The translations under genes and the position numbers were made by a program. A model generated the notes under the pieces. It did no database searches. It saw only the letters and a program-made list of their open reading frames with translations, and was not told where the DNA came from. This document shows positions 48,927-58,971 of a stretch of DNA of 64,000 nt, piece after piece (position 1 is the first letter of the stretch; each line of letters opens with the position of its first letter). Source of the stretch: Alphaproteobacteria bacterium (GTDB lineage: Bacteria > Pseudomonadota > Alphaproteobacteria > MPNO01); contig CBDFLJ010000001.1 of NCBI GenBank assembly GCA_965248835.1, positions 864,001 through 928,000 on the forward strand. The letters run 5' to 3'.

Positions 48927-50324
48927 CTACACCACCGGCCAGCGCGAGACCGGGCTGACATTGGCGCGCTCGATCAGCTTGGGCGCGCGCGCACGGCAAT
49001 TGGCATGGACCTCGGCGAGGTCGATGGTGGTGAGCGCGCGGTTTTCCATCAAGATGTTGCCGTCGACGATTACCGTATCGACGCTGTCGCCGGTGGCCGA
49101 ATAGACCAGGCTGTAGACCAAATTGTAGCTCGGCACCCATTCCGGGCGGTCGATGTCGATCAGGATCACGTCGGCCTTCATGCCGGGTATGAGTGCGCCG
49201 AGCTCGTCCTGCCGGCCGGTGGCCTTGGCACCTTCGAGCGTCGCCATCTCGACGACCTCCTCGGCGGTGATCACCTCGGGGTCGAGGCGGGCGTCCTTGG
49301 GCAGGGTGGCGGCGAGGAACATCGCCTGGAACATGTCCTTGTGATCGGCGGAGTTTACCCCGTCGCAGCCCAGCGCCACCGTTACCCCCTTCTCGCGCAT
49401 CTCCAGAAACTTGCCCATCCGGGTGGTGCCCTTGGCGAGCTTGAGCGCGGCCGGCGGGTTCTGGCAGACCTTGGTGTCGGTCTCGGCCAGCATGTCGACC
49501 TCGAAGGATTCCACTGCCGTCATGTGGTTGAGATAGACGTTGGGGCCAAGCGCGCCGATCTTGTACATGTGCTCGACCGGACGGTCCCCGGTCGCCCTGA
49601 TCTCGCTGTCGACCTCCTCGACCGAGGACGCCTTGTGCATCAGCGAGAACGAGCCGTACCTGGCGGCGATCTCCTTGGCCCCGAGCGTGAGCTCGTCCGA
49701 GCACGTGCCGACGCCCTCGATGGTGGCATAGATCCGGATGCGGCCGTCGGCCGAACGGTCGTAGGTCTTGATGTTGTCTTCGGTCAGCCGGAGTGCCTCG
49801 TCCAGCGTCATCGGCAGGAAATAGTCCGGGCATTTCTGGCCGTCCGGTCCGCCATGGTCCCACACCCAGCTTCCCGTGGTCGCCCGCATGCCGGTCTCTT
49901 CGACGGCCTTCAGGGTGCTCGGCAGGTACTTGCAGCCGGGCTCAACGAAGCATGTCGTGCCGGAACGGATCATCTCGGCCATCAGGCACTTGGCGTACCA
50001 GTACTCGTCCTCCTCGGTGACCGCGGCGAGATAGGGGTAGCACCAGTATTTGAGCCAGTCGCTGGTCCGCAGATTGTCGGGGATCAGCCCGCGGGCGAGC
50101 TCGATCAGGTGGGCGTGCCCGTCGATCAGCCCCGGCATGATCAGCTTGAGCGAAGCATCGATGGTCTTGGTCCCGCGATAGGCCTTGCGCAGCGCAGCGG
50201 TCTTGTCGACCGCGAGGATTCGATCGCCGCGGATCGCGATGGCGCCATCGGTGAGAATCCGCCGTTCGGCATCGAGCGTCAGGATCGTGCCGTTCTCGAT
50301 CAGGATATCGGCCGTTTCGGTCAT
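48927..50324 (-). CDS. amidohydrolase, MtaD/AtzA-like fold
   Basis: MPGLIDGHAH, RSGTT, NHM, LGCDG, AT..GAKA, G..ADVI, V.TVIVDG. Confidence 0.9.
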   Translation of the reverse strand: MTETADILIENGTILTLDAERRILTDGAIAIRGDRILAVDKTAALRKAYRGTKTIDASLKLIMPGLIDGHAHLIELARGLIPDNLRTSDWLKYWCYPYLAAVTEEDEYWYAKCLMAEMIRSGTTCFVEPGCKYLPSTLKAVEETGMRATTGSWVWDHGGPDGQKCPDYFLPMTLDEALRLTEDNIKTYDRSADGRIRIYATIEGVGTCSDELTLGAKEIAARYGSFSLMHKASSVEEVDSEIRATGDRPVEHMYKIGALGPNVYLNHMTAVESFEVDMLAETDTKVCQNPPAALKLAKGTTRMGKFLEMREKGVTVALGCDGVNSADHKDMFQAMFLAATLPKDARLDPEVITAEEVVEMATLEGAKATGRQDELGALIPGMKADVILIDIDRPEWVPSYNLVYSLVYSATGDSVDTVIVDGNILMENRALTTIDLAEVHANCRARAPKLIERANVSPVSRWPVV

Positions 50325-50408
50325 GGTCCTTGCCTCCCTGCCGGGTTCAGGCTAACCGGCGCCGAAAGGGTGCGCAATCGGCCGCCGGAGGCGTAGACTG
50401 ACGCTCTC

Positions 50409-51035
50409 ATGGCCGATCCCTACGAGATATTGGGCGTTTCCCGCGGCGCCACCGACGAAGAGATCAAGCAGGCCTTCCGCGCGCTTGCCAAGAAGCTGCA
50501 CCCCGACGCCAATCCCGCCGACGCGGCCGCTTCGGAGCGCTTCAAGGCGATCACCGGCGCTTACGACCTGCTGAGCGATTCCGAGCACCGCTCGGAGCAC
50601 GACGCCGGAGGCTGGCGGCGCGGCTATGCCGACGGCTACGGCACGTCCGGCGGCGCCAAACACCCCTGGGACCAGGAATTCGTCAACGACGTCAGCGACA
50701 AGACCGGCGAGCGGCCGATCGACCTGTTCGGCGACATCGCCGGCAACCGGCGCGGCCGGGTGTTCGGCGCCGCGAGCACGTCGATGATGCTGCCGGGCGA
50801 AGACCTGGCCGAAACGCTGGAGATCTCGATCAAGGACGCCGAGACCGGCGCGACGCGGGTGATCGATCTGATCACCGGCGCACAGGTCGAGATCACGGTC
50901 GCGCCCGGCACCGAGACCGGCAAGACGATCACCTTCGAGGGTCTCGGCCTGCCCGGCATCGGCGGCGGACCGCCCGGCAATCTCAACGTCATCGTCGAGA
51001 TCCTGCCTGCGCCGAAGCTCGGCCACGACGGCTGA
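50409..51035 (+). CDS. short DnaJ/CbpA-class J-domain protein
   Basis: DPYEILGV, AKKLHPD, AYDLLSD; partial C-terminal domain (GEDL...LEI, G.G.PG..GG..GNL.V). Confidence 0.85.
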   Translation: MADPYEILGVSRGATDEEIKQAFRALAKKLHPDANPADAAASERFKAITGAYDLLSDSEHRSEHDAGGWRRGYADGYGTSGGAKHPWDQEFVNDVSDKTGERPIDLFGDIAGNRRGRVFGAASTSMMLPGEDLAETLEISIKDAETGATRVIDLITGAQVEITVAPGTETGKTITFEGLGLPGIGGGPPGNLNVIVEILPAPKLGHDG

Positions 51036-52611
51036 TCTGGCGCCGGGCCTTCTTGCCTGTCTTCGCGCCGAAGCCGCCGCCGCCCGCCGTCTCTATGACA
51101 AGCTCCGCGCCGGGCTGAAGCACGCAGCCCCGCTTCGGGTCGATCGGCCGGCCGTCCAGCGTGAGCCGGCACGGGCTTCCGTCGCCGCCGCCGAGCAGCC
51201 CCTTGGGCGGGAACAGCGCGCGCTCGAACATCGTGGAGACCGATGCCGGCAGGCCGGAGCGTAGCCTTACGCAGATCCGCTGGCCGGCGCCGCCGCGGAA
51301 CCGGCCCGCGCCGGCCGAACCGGCGATCAGCTCGCGGCGGGCGACGAGGAACGGAGCGGCCTGCTCCATGACCTCGACCGGCGCGCTGGCGACGTTGCTC
51401 GGAAAGGCGGTCGCATCGAGCCCGTCCTTGCCGGGACGCGCGCCCATGCCGCCGCTGCAGAAGAAGGTGAAGATGTAATCGCCGTCGAATTGGGTCCGGC
51501 CGCTCAAGGTCACCGCGCCGAGCACCGAGCTTTCGGCCATGATGCGCTCGGGGATGACCCGCGACAGAGCGCCGAAGATGGCGAAGGGCACGAACAGGCC
51601 CACCAGGTGGCGCCCGCCGACCGGTGCGGGATAGGCGGCATTGAGGATGGATCCGGCCGGGGCGCGGACGTCGATCGGCCGCAAGGTGCCGTCGTTGTTG
51701 GGCGAATCGGGGCACAGCGCGCATTTGAGCGCGTAATAGACGAACGCCTTGGTGTAGTTCAGCACGCAGTTCACGCCCATGCCGATCTGCGCCGAGCTGC
51801 CTTCGAAATCGACGGTGATCTCTTCGCCTTCGATCCTTACGGCGACCGCGATCACCAGCGGCGATCCGAACCCGTCGAGCGTGACGCTGTCACGGTAGGT
51901 CCCGTCGGGCACTTGCGCGATGGCCTTGCGCATCATCGACTCGGTCCGTCCCGTGATTTCGCGCGAGACCGCCGACAGGTCGCGCAGGCCGTAGTCCGCT
52001 AGCAGACTCAGCATGCGCTCGACCGCGACATGGTTGGCCGAGATCTGGGCCATCAGGTCGCCCAGGACCAGTTCCGGAGAGCGGACATTGTCCTCGATGA
52101 TGCGCAACAGCGTGCGGTTGGGAACGCCCGCTTCAAAGAGCTTCATCACCGGGATATGGAGGCCTTCCTCATAGACCGCCTCGGCGGTCGCCGAGAAGAT
52201 CCGCCCGCCGATGTCGACGGCATGGCAATTGCTGGCCGCGAACCCGACCAGCCGGTCGCCGGCGAAGGCCGGGATGACGATGGTGATGTCGTGCTTGTGC
52301 CCCGAGACCAGCCATGGGTCGTTGGTGATCAGCACGTCGCCCGGCGACAGCGTGCCGTCCTGGAAGGCGCCGACGATGTGCTTGACCCCGATGCCGAGGC
52401 TGCCCAGATGCCCGGGCGCGCCTTGGACCGACTGGGCCAGCATCACGCCGCGGTCATCGAACACGCCGGCCGACAGATCCTCCATCTCGCCCAGCACCAC
52501 CGAGAAGGCCGCCTTGACCATCGTCGCCGCCTGTTCGTTGGCGATCGAGACCAGCCGGTCCCAGCATAATTCGAGAGCCACGGGGCCGGGCTTGGGACGC
52601 CGTCGTGCCAT
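50989..52611 (-). CDS. hydantoinase B/oxoprolinase family subunit
   Basis: PGDVLITNDPW..SGH..D, HAVDIGG, YEEGL.IP, GGMGAR..DG, G.FRGG.G, AGGGGFG. Confidence 0.92.
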   Translation of the reverse strand: MARRRPKPGPVALELCWDRLVSIANEQAATMVKAAFSVVLGEMEDLSAGVFDDRGVMLAQSVQGAPGHLGSLGIGVKHIVGAFQDGTLSPGDVLITNDPWLVSGHKHDITIVIPAFAGDRLVGFAASNCHAVDIGGRIFSATAEAVYEEGLHIPVMKLFEAGVPNRTLLRIIEDNVRSPELVLGDLMAQISANHVAVERMLSLLADYGLRDLSAVSREITGRTESMMRKAIAQVPDGTYRDSVTLDGFGSPLVIAVAVRIEGEEITVDFEGSSAQIGMGVNCVLNYTKAFVYYALKCALCPDSPNNDGTLRPIDVRAPAGSILNAAYPAPVGGRHLVGLFVPFAIFGALSRVIPERIMAESSVLGAVTLSGRTQFDGDYIFTFFCSGGMGARPGKDGLDATAFPSNVASAPVEVMEQAAPFLVARRELIAGSAGAGRFRGGAGQRICVRLRSGLPASVSTMFERALFPPKGLLGGGDGSPCRLTLDGRPIDPKRGCVLQPGAELVIETAGGGGFGAKTGKKARRQISRRGRASAQAGSRR

Positions 52612-52612
52612 C

Positions 52613-54712
52613 TCAGCCCTGCCGCGCCGGCAAGTCGATGACCAGGTTCGAATGGGCGTCGACCATCGCAACCGCACCCGGCCCGACCACAATCGTGGAG
52701 TCCGCCTCCTCGATCGCGGCCGGCCCGCGGACGCGGCGTCCGACGGCCAGCCCGGCCCGGTCGTGGACCGGGCACGCGCGCGGGCGGTCCCAGCCCTCGA
52801 AGATCATCTGGCGGCGGCCGGCGCGCCGCCGGGCGCCGTCGAGGCCGGTCGAGCGCAGCGCCCGCACATCGATGATCGGTGGGCCGTCGGCGATCAAACG
52901 CCAAGTCAGGGCCTCGATGCGGTGTCCGTCATGAATGCGGCGGAAGACCGCCCGATACCGCCGCTCGAAGGCTTTGCGGATCGTGCCGGCCTTGCGTGGA
53001 GTAAGCCGGCCCGGGGGCAGCGTGACCGCGAGTTCCCGGCGCTGTCCGGCGTAGCGCATCTCGGCAACCCGCGAGAAGGCGATCTCCCGGCGCTTGACGC
53101 CCGCATCGGCGAGCACGTCGACCGCCTGCGCCGTCATCTCGGCATAGGCACGCTCGACCTCCGGCCAATCGAGATCGCCGAGCGTACCGATCAGCGTGCG
53201 TGAAAGCCGGTACGACCGGGGCGCGAGCTGCAGCCCGAGCGCCGAGCCGACCCCGGCCGAGGGCGGCACGACGATCCGGCCGATCCCCAGCCGGCGCGCA
53301 ACGCCGTAGGCATGGACGGGCCCGGCACCGCCGAAGGCGACCATGGTGTAGCGCGCCGGGTCGTAGCCGCGCTCGACGGTATGGATTCGGGCGGCGTTGG
53401 CCATGGTCTCATCGACGATCGCATGGATGCCCAGCGCCGCCTGCTCGGCGGGAATGCCCAGCGGCCGGGCTACCTCACGCTCGATCGCCCGTCGGGCACG
53501 GTCGGCATTCAGCCCCATCCTGCCGCCGAGGAAGGACTCTGCGCCGATCAAGCCCAGCATCAGATCCGCGTCGGTTACCGTCGGGCTCTCTCCGCCGCGT
53601 GCGTAGCAGGCCGGGCCCGGCTCGGCACCGGCGCTGCGCGGGCCGACCTTGAGCAGCCCGAGCGTATCGACATGGGCGATGCTGCCGCCGCCCGCGCCGA
53701 TCTCGATCAGATCGACCACCGGGATATGCAGCGGCAGCCCGCTGCCCTTCTTGAAGCGGTCCAACCGCGCGACCTCGAACGCGTTGGTGACCAGCGGCGT
53801 GCCGTCGTGGACCAGGCTCGATTTCGCGGTCGTCCCGCCCATGTCGAACGAAAGGACCTCATGTGCGCCGGCAAGCATCCCGATGCACCCGCCGGTCACC
53901 GCGCCGGCCGCCGGGCCGGATTCGCAGATCCGGACCGGGAACCGGCGGACCACATCGGCGGTGGAAAGGCCGCCGCTGGACAGCATGACGAAAAACGCCG
54001 CGCCGACGCCCCGGTCGCGCAGCCGTCCGGCCAGACGCTGGAGATACCCGTCGATCAGCGGCAGCACGAAGGCGTTCGCGGTCGTCGTGGTTGCGCGCTC
54101 GTATTCGCGCATCTCCGGCAGCAGCTCGCAGGACAGCGTCACCGCCACGTCGGGCAGAAGCCGCCGCAGCGCGGCGGCGAAACCGCGCTCGTGCGCCGGA
54201 TTGGCATAGGAATGCAGCATGCAGACCGCGACCGCCTCGGCGCCCGATTTTCCGATCGCCGCAAGGACGGCACCGGCCGAGGCCTCGTCCAGCGGCTCGA
54301 TCACCGCTCCGTCCGCGGCGATGCGTTCGCGCACCCCGTAGCAGCGCTCGGTGGGCACGATCGGCGCCGGCTTGTCCAGGAAGATGTCGTAGATGTCGTA
54401 CTTCTTCTCGCGCCCGATATTCAGCAGGTCGCGGAACCCATCGGTGGTCACGAGCGCGGTCTTGGCGCCCTTGCGCTCGATCAGGGCGTTGGAAACCAGC
54501 GTCGTGGCATGGAGGACGATTTCGATCTGCGCGGCCTGCGCGCCGGCCGCCGCGAGCGCGCCCTGGAGCGCCTCGTCCGCGCCGCGGGACGGGTCATCGG
54601 CGGTGGTCAGGGCTTTGAACCCGGCCGTTCTGCCGCTGCCCGGCTGGAGCATGCAGACGTCGGTGAACGTGCCGCCGATGTCCAGCCCGACGATCCACCC
54701 TTCCTGGCTCAA
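52613..54712 (-). CDS. hydantoinase A/oxoprolinase family subunit (ATP-binding)
   Basis: GLDIGGTFTD, HATT...NA, REYER..T, ESGPAAG, DMGGTT, GAGGGS, GPACY, FGGAGP.H; TTG start overlaps the DMT stop. Confidence 0.92.
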   Translation of the reverse strand: MSQEGWIVGLDIGGTFTDVCMLQPGSGRTAGFKALTTADDPSRGADEALQGALAAAGAQAAQIEIVLHATTLVSNALIERKGAKTALVTTDGFRDLLNIGREKKYDIYDIFLDKPAPIVPTERCYGVRERIAADGAVIEPLDEASAGAVLAAIGKSGAEAVAVCMLHSYANPAHERGFAAALRRLLPDVAVTLSCELLPEMREYERATTTTANAFVLPLIDGYLQRLAGRLRDRGVGAAFFVMLSSGGLSTADVVRRFPVRICESGPAAGAVTGGCIGMLAGAHEVLSFDMGGTTAKSSLVHDGTPLVTNAFEVARLDRFKKGSGLPLHIPVVDLIEIGAGGGSIAHVDTLGLLKVGPRSAGAEPGPACYARGGESPTVTDADLMLGLIGAESFLGGRMGLNADRARRAIEREVARPLGIPAEQAALGIHAIVDETMANAARIHTVERGYDPARYTMVAFGGAGPVHAYGVARRLGIGRIVVPPSAGVGSALGLQLAPRSYRLSRTLIGTLGDLDWPEVERAYAEMTAQAVDVLADAGVKRREIAFSRVAEMRYAGQRRELAVTLPPGRLTPRKAGTIRKAFERRYRAVFRRIHDGHRIEALTWRLIADGPPIIDVRALRSTGLDGARRRAGRRQMIFEGWDRPRACPVHDRAGLAVGRRVRGPAAIEEADSTIVVGPGAVAMVDAHSNLVIDLPARQG

Positions 54713-55593
54713 GGCAGGGCTTCCTGCCGGGTAATCACGGTGTCCCGCCAGGTGCTGTAGTAGGTGCTGGCGAACAGGACGGCCGCGCCGATCCAGGTCC
54801 AGACGCCCGGCAGCTCGCCGTAGAAGAAAAAGCCGATCGCCGCGACCAGCGGCAGGCGGAGATAAAGGACCGGCGAGACCAGGCTCGCCTCGGCGGCGGC
54901 GAACGACCGCGTGATGCAGATTTGGGCACCCAGCGCCGCGACCATGAAGCCTGCGACCGAGGGCAGATCCTCGACGCCGGGCGTCACCCAGGTGAGCGCC
55001 GTCGGCACCGCCGCGATCGGGAGCTGGAGAACGAAGCCGTAGACCAGGATCATGTTGACGCTGTCCCTGCCGGACAGGAAGCGGGTCGAGACGTCGACGC
55101 CGGCGAACAGCAGCGCGGCGGTAAGCGCAACCAGCATGCCGATATGGATGTCGGCGAAGCCCGGCCGAATGATGATCAGCACCCCGCCGAAGCCCAGGAT
55201 CACCGCGACCCAGCGGTGGGCATAGAGCGGCTCCTTCAGGGCGATCGCGGCAAACACGGCGGTGAAGATCGGCAGGGTGAACTGCAGCGCCACCGAATCG
55301 GCGATGGCGATCAGGGTGACCGAGTAATAGCCGGCATAGACCGCCATGAAGGAAAAGACCGCCCGTCCGGCGTAGAACCTGAGGTTCTTGGTGCCCAGCC
55401 CGGCAATCCCGACGCGGATGATCCAGGGCAGCATGACCAGGAACCCGAAAGCGAGCCGGAAGAAGGCGATCTCGAAGACGGAGAACGTGGCCGACAGGTG
55501 GCGGACCAGCGCGAGCGTGACCGAGAACAAGATCGCCGCTCCCGTCATCCAGAGCACGCCTGCGATCGGGTTGTGGCGGATGGACGACCTCAC
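54709..55593 (-). CDS. DMT/EamA transporter
   Basis: About 10 hydrophobic segments, FFR, LKE...HRW.AV.LGF.GVLIIIRPG. Confidence 0.9.
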   Translation of the reverse strand: MRSSIRHNPIAGVLWMTGAAILFSVTLALVRHLSATFSVFEIAFFRLAFGFLVMLPWIIRVGIAGLGTKNLRFYAGRAVFSFMAVYAGYYSVTLIAIADSVALQFTLPIFTAVFAAIALKEPLYAHRWVAVILGFGGVLIIIRPGFADIHIGMLVALTAALLFAGVDVSTRFLSGRDSVNMILVYGFVLQLPIAAVPTALTWVTPGVEDLPSVAGFMVAALGAQICITRSFAAAEASLVSPVLYLRLPLVAAIGFFFYGELPGVWTWIGAAVLFASTYYSTWRDTVITRQEALP

Positions 55594-55683
55594 GCGCGGA
55601 CGATCTCAATTGCTTGACTCCAGAGCACGACAGAGTGCTCATCGCGCCGGCGGGCGGGCAAGCACATTCTCGGTCGGCCGCGG

Positions 55684-56595
55684 TCAGGGGACGGGGCGCG
55701 AGAGAGTGGCCGCGTAGATCCCCGCCAGTACCAGGACGGCGCCCAGGCCATGGAACCATTCGAAGGGCTCGCCCAGAAAGATGACCGCGAGCGCCGCGGC
55801 GAACAGCGGATAAAGGTTGCCGAACACCCCGGCGGTCGCCGGACCCAGCCTGATCACCCCGGCGTTGTACATCGTGGTTCCGCACACGCTGGCGAACAGC
55901 GCCACATAGCCCAGGAACGCCAGGGTTTCCGGCGTCGCAACGAAGCTGCGGCCGGCCGCCAGCTCTGCGAGGAAGAGCGGGGCCTGGAAGACCACGCCGA
56001 GCGCGATCACGACGCTCATGAAGGACGGCATGTCGAGACTGGGCGGCTTCCAACGCATCAGGAGAATCTGCCACGACCAGACGACGACCGCGGCCAGGCA
56101 CCACAGATCGCCGGCATTGAGCCGCAGCGTCCGCAGCAGTTCAGGCTCGCCCCGCAGGACGATCAGCCCTGCGCCGGCGACCGACAGCACGACCCCGAAG
56201 ACCTGCCGGCCGGTGATGCGGGTGCGCAGGAACGCGGCCACGCTGAGCAGCACGAGTACGGGCAGCAGCGCCATGATCAGCGAGCCTTGAACCGCGGTCG
56301 TATATTGCAGCCCGACATAGTAGAGGCTGTTGAAAGCGGTGATCGAAACCGCGCTGAAAACCACGAAGAACCGCCAATGCGTAAGGAACACCGCGCGCTG
56401 CCGCCAGACCCGGCGGGCGGTAAAGGGAAGGAAGATCGCCAGGGCCAGCGACCAGCGCCAGAAGTTGAACGTGAGCGGCGGCACATCGACCAGCATGGCC
56501 GCCCGGGTCACCGAGACGTTGCCCGCCCACAGCACGAGCGCGGTCGTCAGGAGTGCGCAGCCGATGACGAGGTCGCGGTTCAACGGTCCGCTCAC
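55684..56595 (-). CDS. DMT/EamA transporter
   Basis: LWAGN, PP....FWRW, GLQYTTA, NL.PLF...LA..FLGE. Confidence 0.9.
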   Translation of the reverse strand: MSGPLNRDLVIGCALLTTALVLWAGNVSVTRAAMLVDVPPLTFNFWRWSLALAIFLPFTARRVWRQRAVFLTHWRFFVVFSAVSITAFNSLYYVGLQYTTAVQGSLIMALLPVLVLLSVAAFLRTRITGRQVFGVVLSVAGAGLIVLRGEPELLRTLRLNAGDLWCLAAVVVWSWQILLMRWKPPSLDMPSFMSVVIALGVVFQAPLFLAELAAGRSFVATPETLAFLGYVALFASVCGTTMYNAGVIRLGPATAGVFGNLYPLFAAALAVIFLGEPFEWFHGLGAVLVLAGIYAATLSRPVP

Positions 56596-56610
56596 GACGT
56601 CCCGAAAGCC

Positions 56611-58947
56611 CTATTCCGCCAGCCGGGTCCGGGCCTTGCGGATCGCCTGCCAGATCCGCTCGGGCGTCGCCGGCATCGCGATGTCGTCGATGCCCAGCGG
56701 CGCCAGCGCATCAAGGACCGCGCTCATCGTCGCCGGCAGCGCGCCGGTCGGCCCCGACTCGCCGACGCCCTTGGTTCCCAGCGGATTGGACGCCGTCGGC
56801 TGGGGCAGGCTGGCGACCTCGATCGGGCTCAGGTCATCGGCCCGCGGCAGGGTGTAGTCCATCAGCGAGCCGGTCAGCAGTTGGCCCGAGTCCGGCTCGA
56901 AGCGGATGTCTTCCAGCAGCGCCTGGCCGATCCCTTGCGCGATCCCGCCATGCATCTGGCCGTAATAGAGCATCGGGTTGATGACCGTGCCGGCATCGCT
57001 GATGCAGACGAACCGCTCGACCGCCACGGCGCCGGTCTCGGGGTCGATCTCGACCTCGCAGACCTGCACCGAACTCGGCCAGTTCCAATAGCGCGGCGCA
57101 TAAAAGCCCTGCGCGCCGAAGCCGGGCTCGATGTCGGGCGGCAGGCGCTGCGGCGCGAAGGCGGCCTCGACCACATCGTCCAGGCCGACGCGGCGGTCGG
57201 TTCCACCGACCACGAAATCGCCGACATCGAAGGCGATGTCGGAAGCGGCGGCTTCGAGCAGGTGGGCTGCAATCCGCCTGCCCTTGTCGATGAGCTTGTC
57301 CGCGGCAACCGCGATCGCCGCCCCACCGATGGTCAGCGAACGTGAGTTGAAGGTGCCCTTGCCGTAGGAGGCGACATCGGTGTCGCCCTGGACGAACCGG
57401 ATCGCCTCCGGCGCCACGCCCAGGCGCTGGCACAGGATCTGCTTGAACACCGTCTCATGGCCCTGACCGTGGCTGATGGTGCCCATGATCAGGGCGATCG
57501 TGCCCGACGGATCGAAGCGGATTTCCGCGCCCTCGATGTTGGGGCTGGAGGTCTTCTTGATCGTGGTGGCGAGCCCGATGCCGCGCAGCCTGCCGCGCCC
57601 GGCGGACTGCGCGCGCCGGCCGGCGAAGCCGCCATAAGCGGACCGATCGAGCGCGCGCTCCAGGTTCGCCGGGAAGTCGCCCACGTCATAGACGTAGCCC
57701 AGCGCGTTGGTCCACGGCATCATCGCCGGCGTGACCGCGTTGCGGCGGCGGATCTCCGCCCGGTCCAGCTTGAGCGTGCGCGCGGCGATATCGACCATGT
57801 GCTCGGTGACGTAGGCGGCTTCCGGCGCGCCGGAGCCGCGATAGGGCGAGGTCGAGGTGGTGTTGGTGAACACCCCCGTCACCTCGACCAGGACCGCCGG
57901 GGTCCGGTAGATCCCGGCGAGCGTGCCCAGGTTGCCGACCGGCGGACGCGGCCCGCGCACCGATAGATAGGCGCCGAGATTGGCGCGCGTTGCGATCTTG
58001 AGCGCCAGAAACCGGCCGTCGTCGTCGAAGGCGAGCGTGAGCGTGCTGGTGTTGTCGCGGGCGTGGTCGTCGGTGGCGAACCCCTCGGTCCGGCTGGAGA
58101 CCCATTTGACCGGCCGGCCGATGCGCCGGGCCGCCCACAGCACCAGCACCAGCTCGCGGTAGTTGCCGCCGCGCATTCCGAAGCTGCCGCCGATGTCGCC
58201 GCTGACCACCCGGATCCCGGTCTCCTTCACGCCGAAGACGTTCAAGGCGAGCTCGCTCCTCACCTGATGAGGGTTCTGCAGGCCGGTATGCAGCGTGTAG
58301 CGGTCCGCTCGCCGATCGTATTCGCCGATGCAGCCGCGCGGCTCCATCGTGACCGCGGTGATCCGGTTGACCACCAGATCGCGGTCGACGACGTGCGGCG
58401 CGGCGGCCACCGCCGCCTCGACGGCCGCAGCATCGCCTTCGCCGTGGGAGAAGCAGATATTGTCCGGGCAGTCCTGCCACACCGCCGGCGCGCCCGGCGC
58501 CAGCGCATCGGCGATCGAGGCGACGGCGGGCAGCGGCGCGTAGTCGACCTCGATCAGCGACGCGGCATCGAGCGCCTGGGCCTCGGTCTCGGCAACGACG
58601 AAGGCGACGTAATCGCCGACGAACCTGACTCTGTCGGCGACCAGGGCGGGCTGCGGCGGCCGCGCCATCGGGCTGCCGTCGGGCCGGGTGCCGTCCTCCT
58701 CGCATTGCAGCGAGCCCAGCCCGTCGGCCTGCACGTCGCGGCCGGTCAACACGGCCAGCACGCCCGGTGCAGCGGCGGCCCGCGCCGTATCGACCCGGCC
58801 GATCGCGGCATGTGCGTGCGGCGAGCGGAGCACCGCGCCGTGGACCTGGCCGGGCAGCGACAGGTCGTCGAGAAACGCCCCGCGGCCGGTGAGCAGCCTC
58901 CGGTCCTCCTCGCGGGGAACCGGGCTGCCGATTGCGAAGCCGCTCAT
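56611..58947 (-). CDS. xanthine dehydrogenase/CoxL family molybdopterin-binding subunit
   Basis: REEDRRLLTG.G, RSPHAHA, QNPH, GGSFG, PYRGSGAPE, HGQGHET, GQMHGGIAQG, KGVGESG. Confidence 0.93.
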   Translation of the reverse strand: MSGFAIGSPVPREEDRRLLTGRGAFLDDLSLPGQVHGAVLRSPHAHAAIGRVDTARAAAAPGVLAVLTGRDVQADGLGSLQCEEDGTRPDGSPMARPPQPALVADRVRFVGDYVAFVVAETEAQALDAASLIEVDYAPLPAVASIADALAPGAPAVWQDCPDNICFSHGEGDAAAVEAAVAAAPHVVDRDLVVNRITAVTMEPRGCIGEYDRRADRYTLHTGLQNPHQVRSELALNVFGVKETGIRVVSGDIGGSFGMRGGNYRELVLVLWAARRIGRPVKWVSSRTEGFATDDHARDNTSTLTLAFDDDGRFLALKIATRANLGAYLSVRGPRPPVGNLGTLAGIYRTPAVLVEVTGVFTNTTSTSPYRGSGAPEAAYVTEHMVDIAARTLKLDRAEIRRRNAVTPAMMPWTNALGYVYDVGDFPANLERALDRSAYGGFAGRRAQSAGRGRLRGIGLATTIKKTSSPNIEGAEIRFDPSGTIALIMGTISHGQGHETVFKQILCQRLGVAPEAIRFVQGDTDVASYGKGTFNSRSLTIGGAAIAVAADKLIDKGRRIAAHLLEAAASDIAFDVGDFVVGGTDRRVGLDDVVEAAFAPQRLPPDIEPGFGAQGFYAPRYWNWPSSVQVCEVEIDPETGAVAVERFVCISDAGTVINPMLYYGQMHGGIAQGIGQALLEDIRFEPDSGQLLTGSLMDYTLPRADDLSPIEVASLPQPTASNPLGTKGVGESGPTGALPATMSAVLDALAPLGIDDIAMPATPERIWQAIRKARTRLAE

Positions 58948-58971
58948 CCCCGACGGGTCGCCGGCGCCGGT

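Noticed and set aside
55620-55650. CIRCE element
   Set aside because: Arms and spacing do not match TTAGCACTC-N9-GAGTGCTAA, and no chaperone operon follows.
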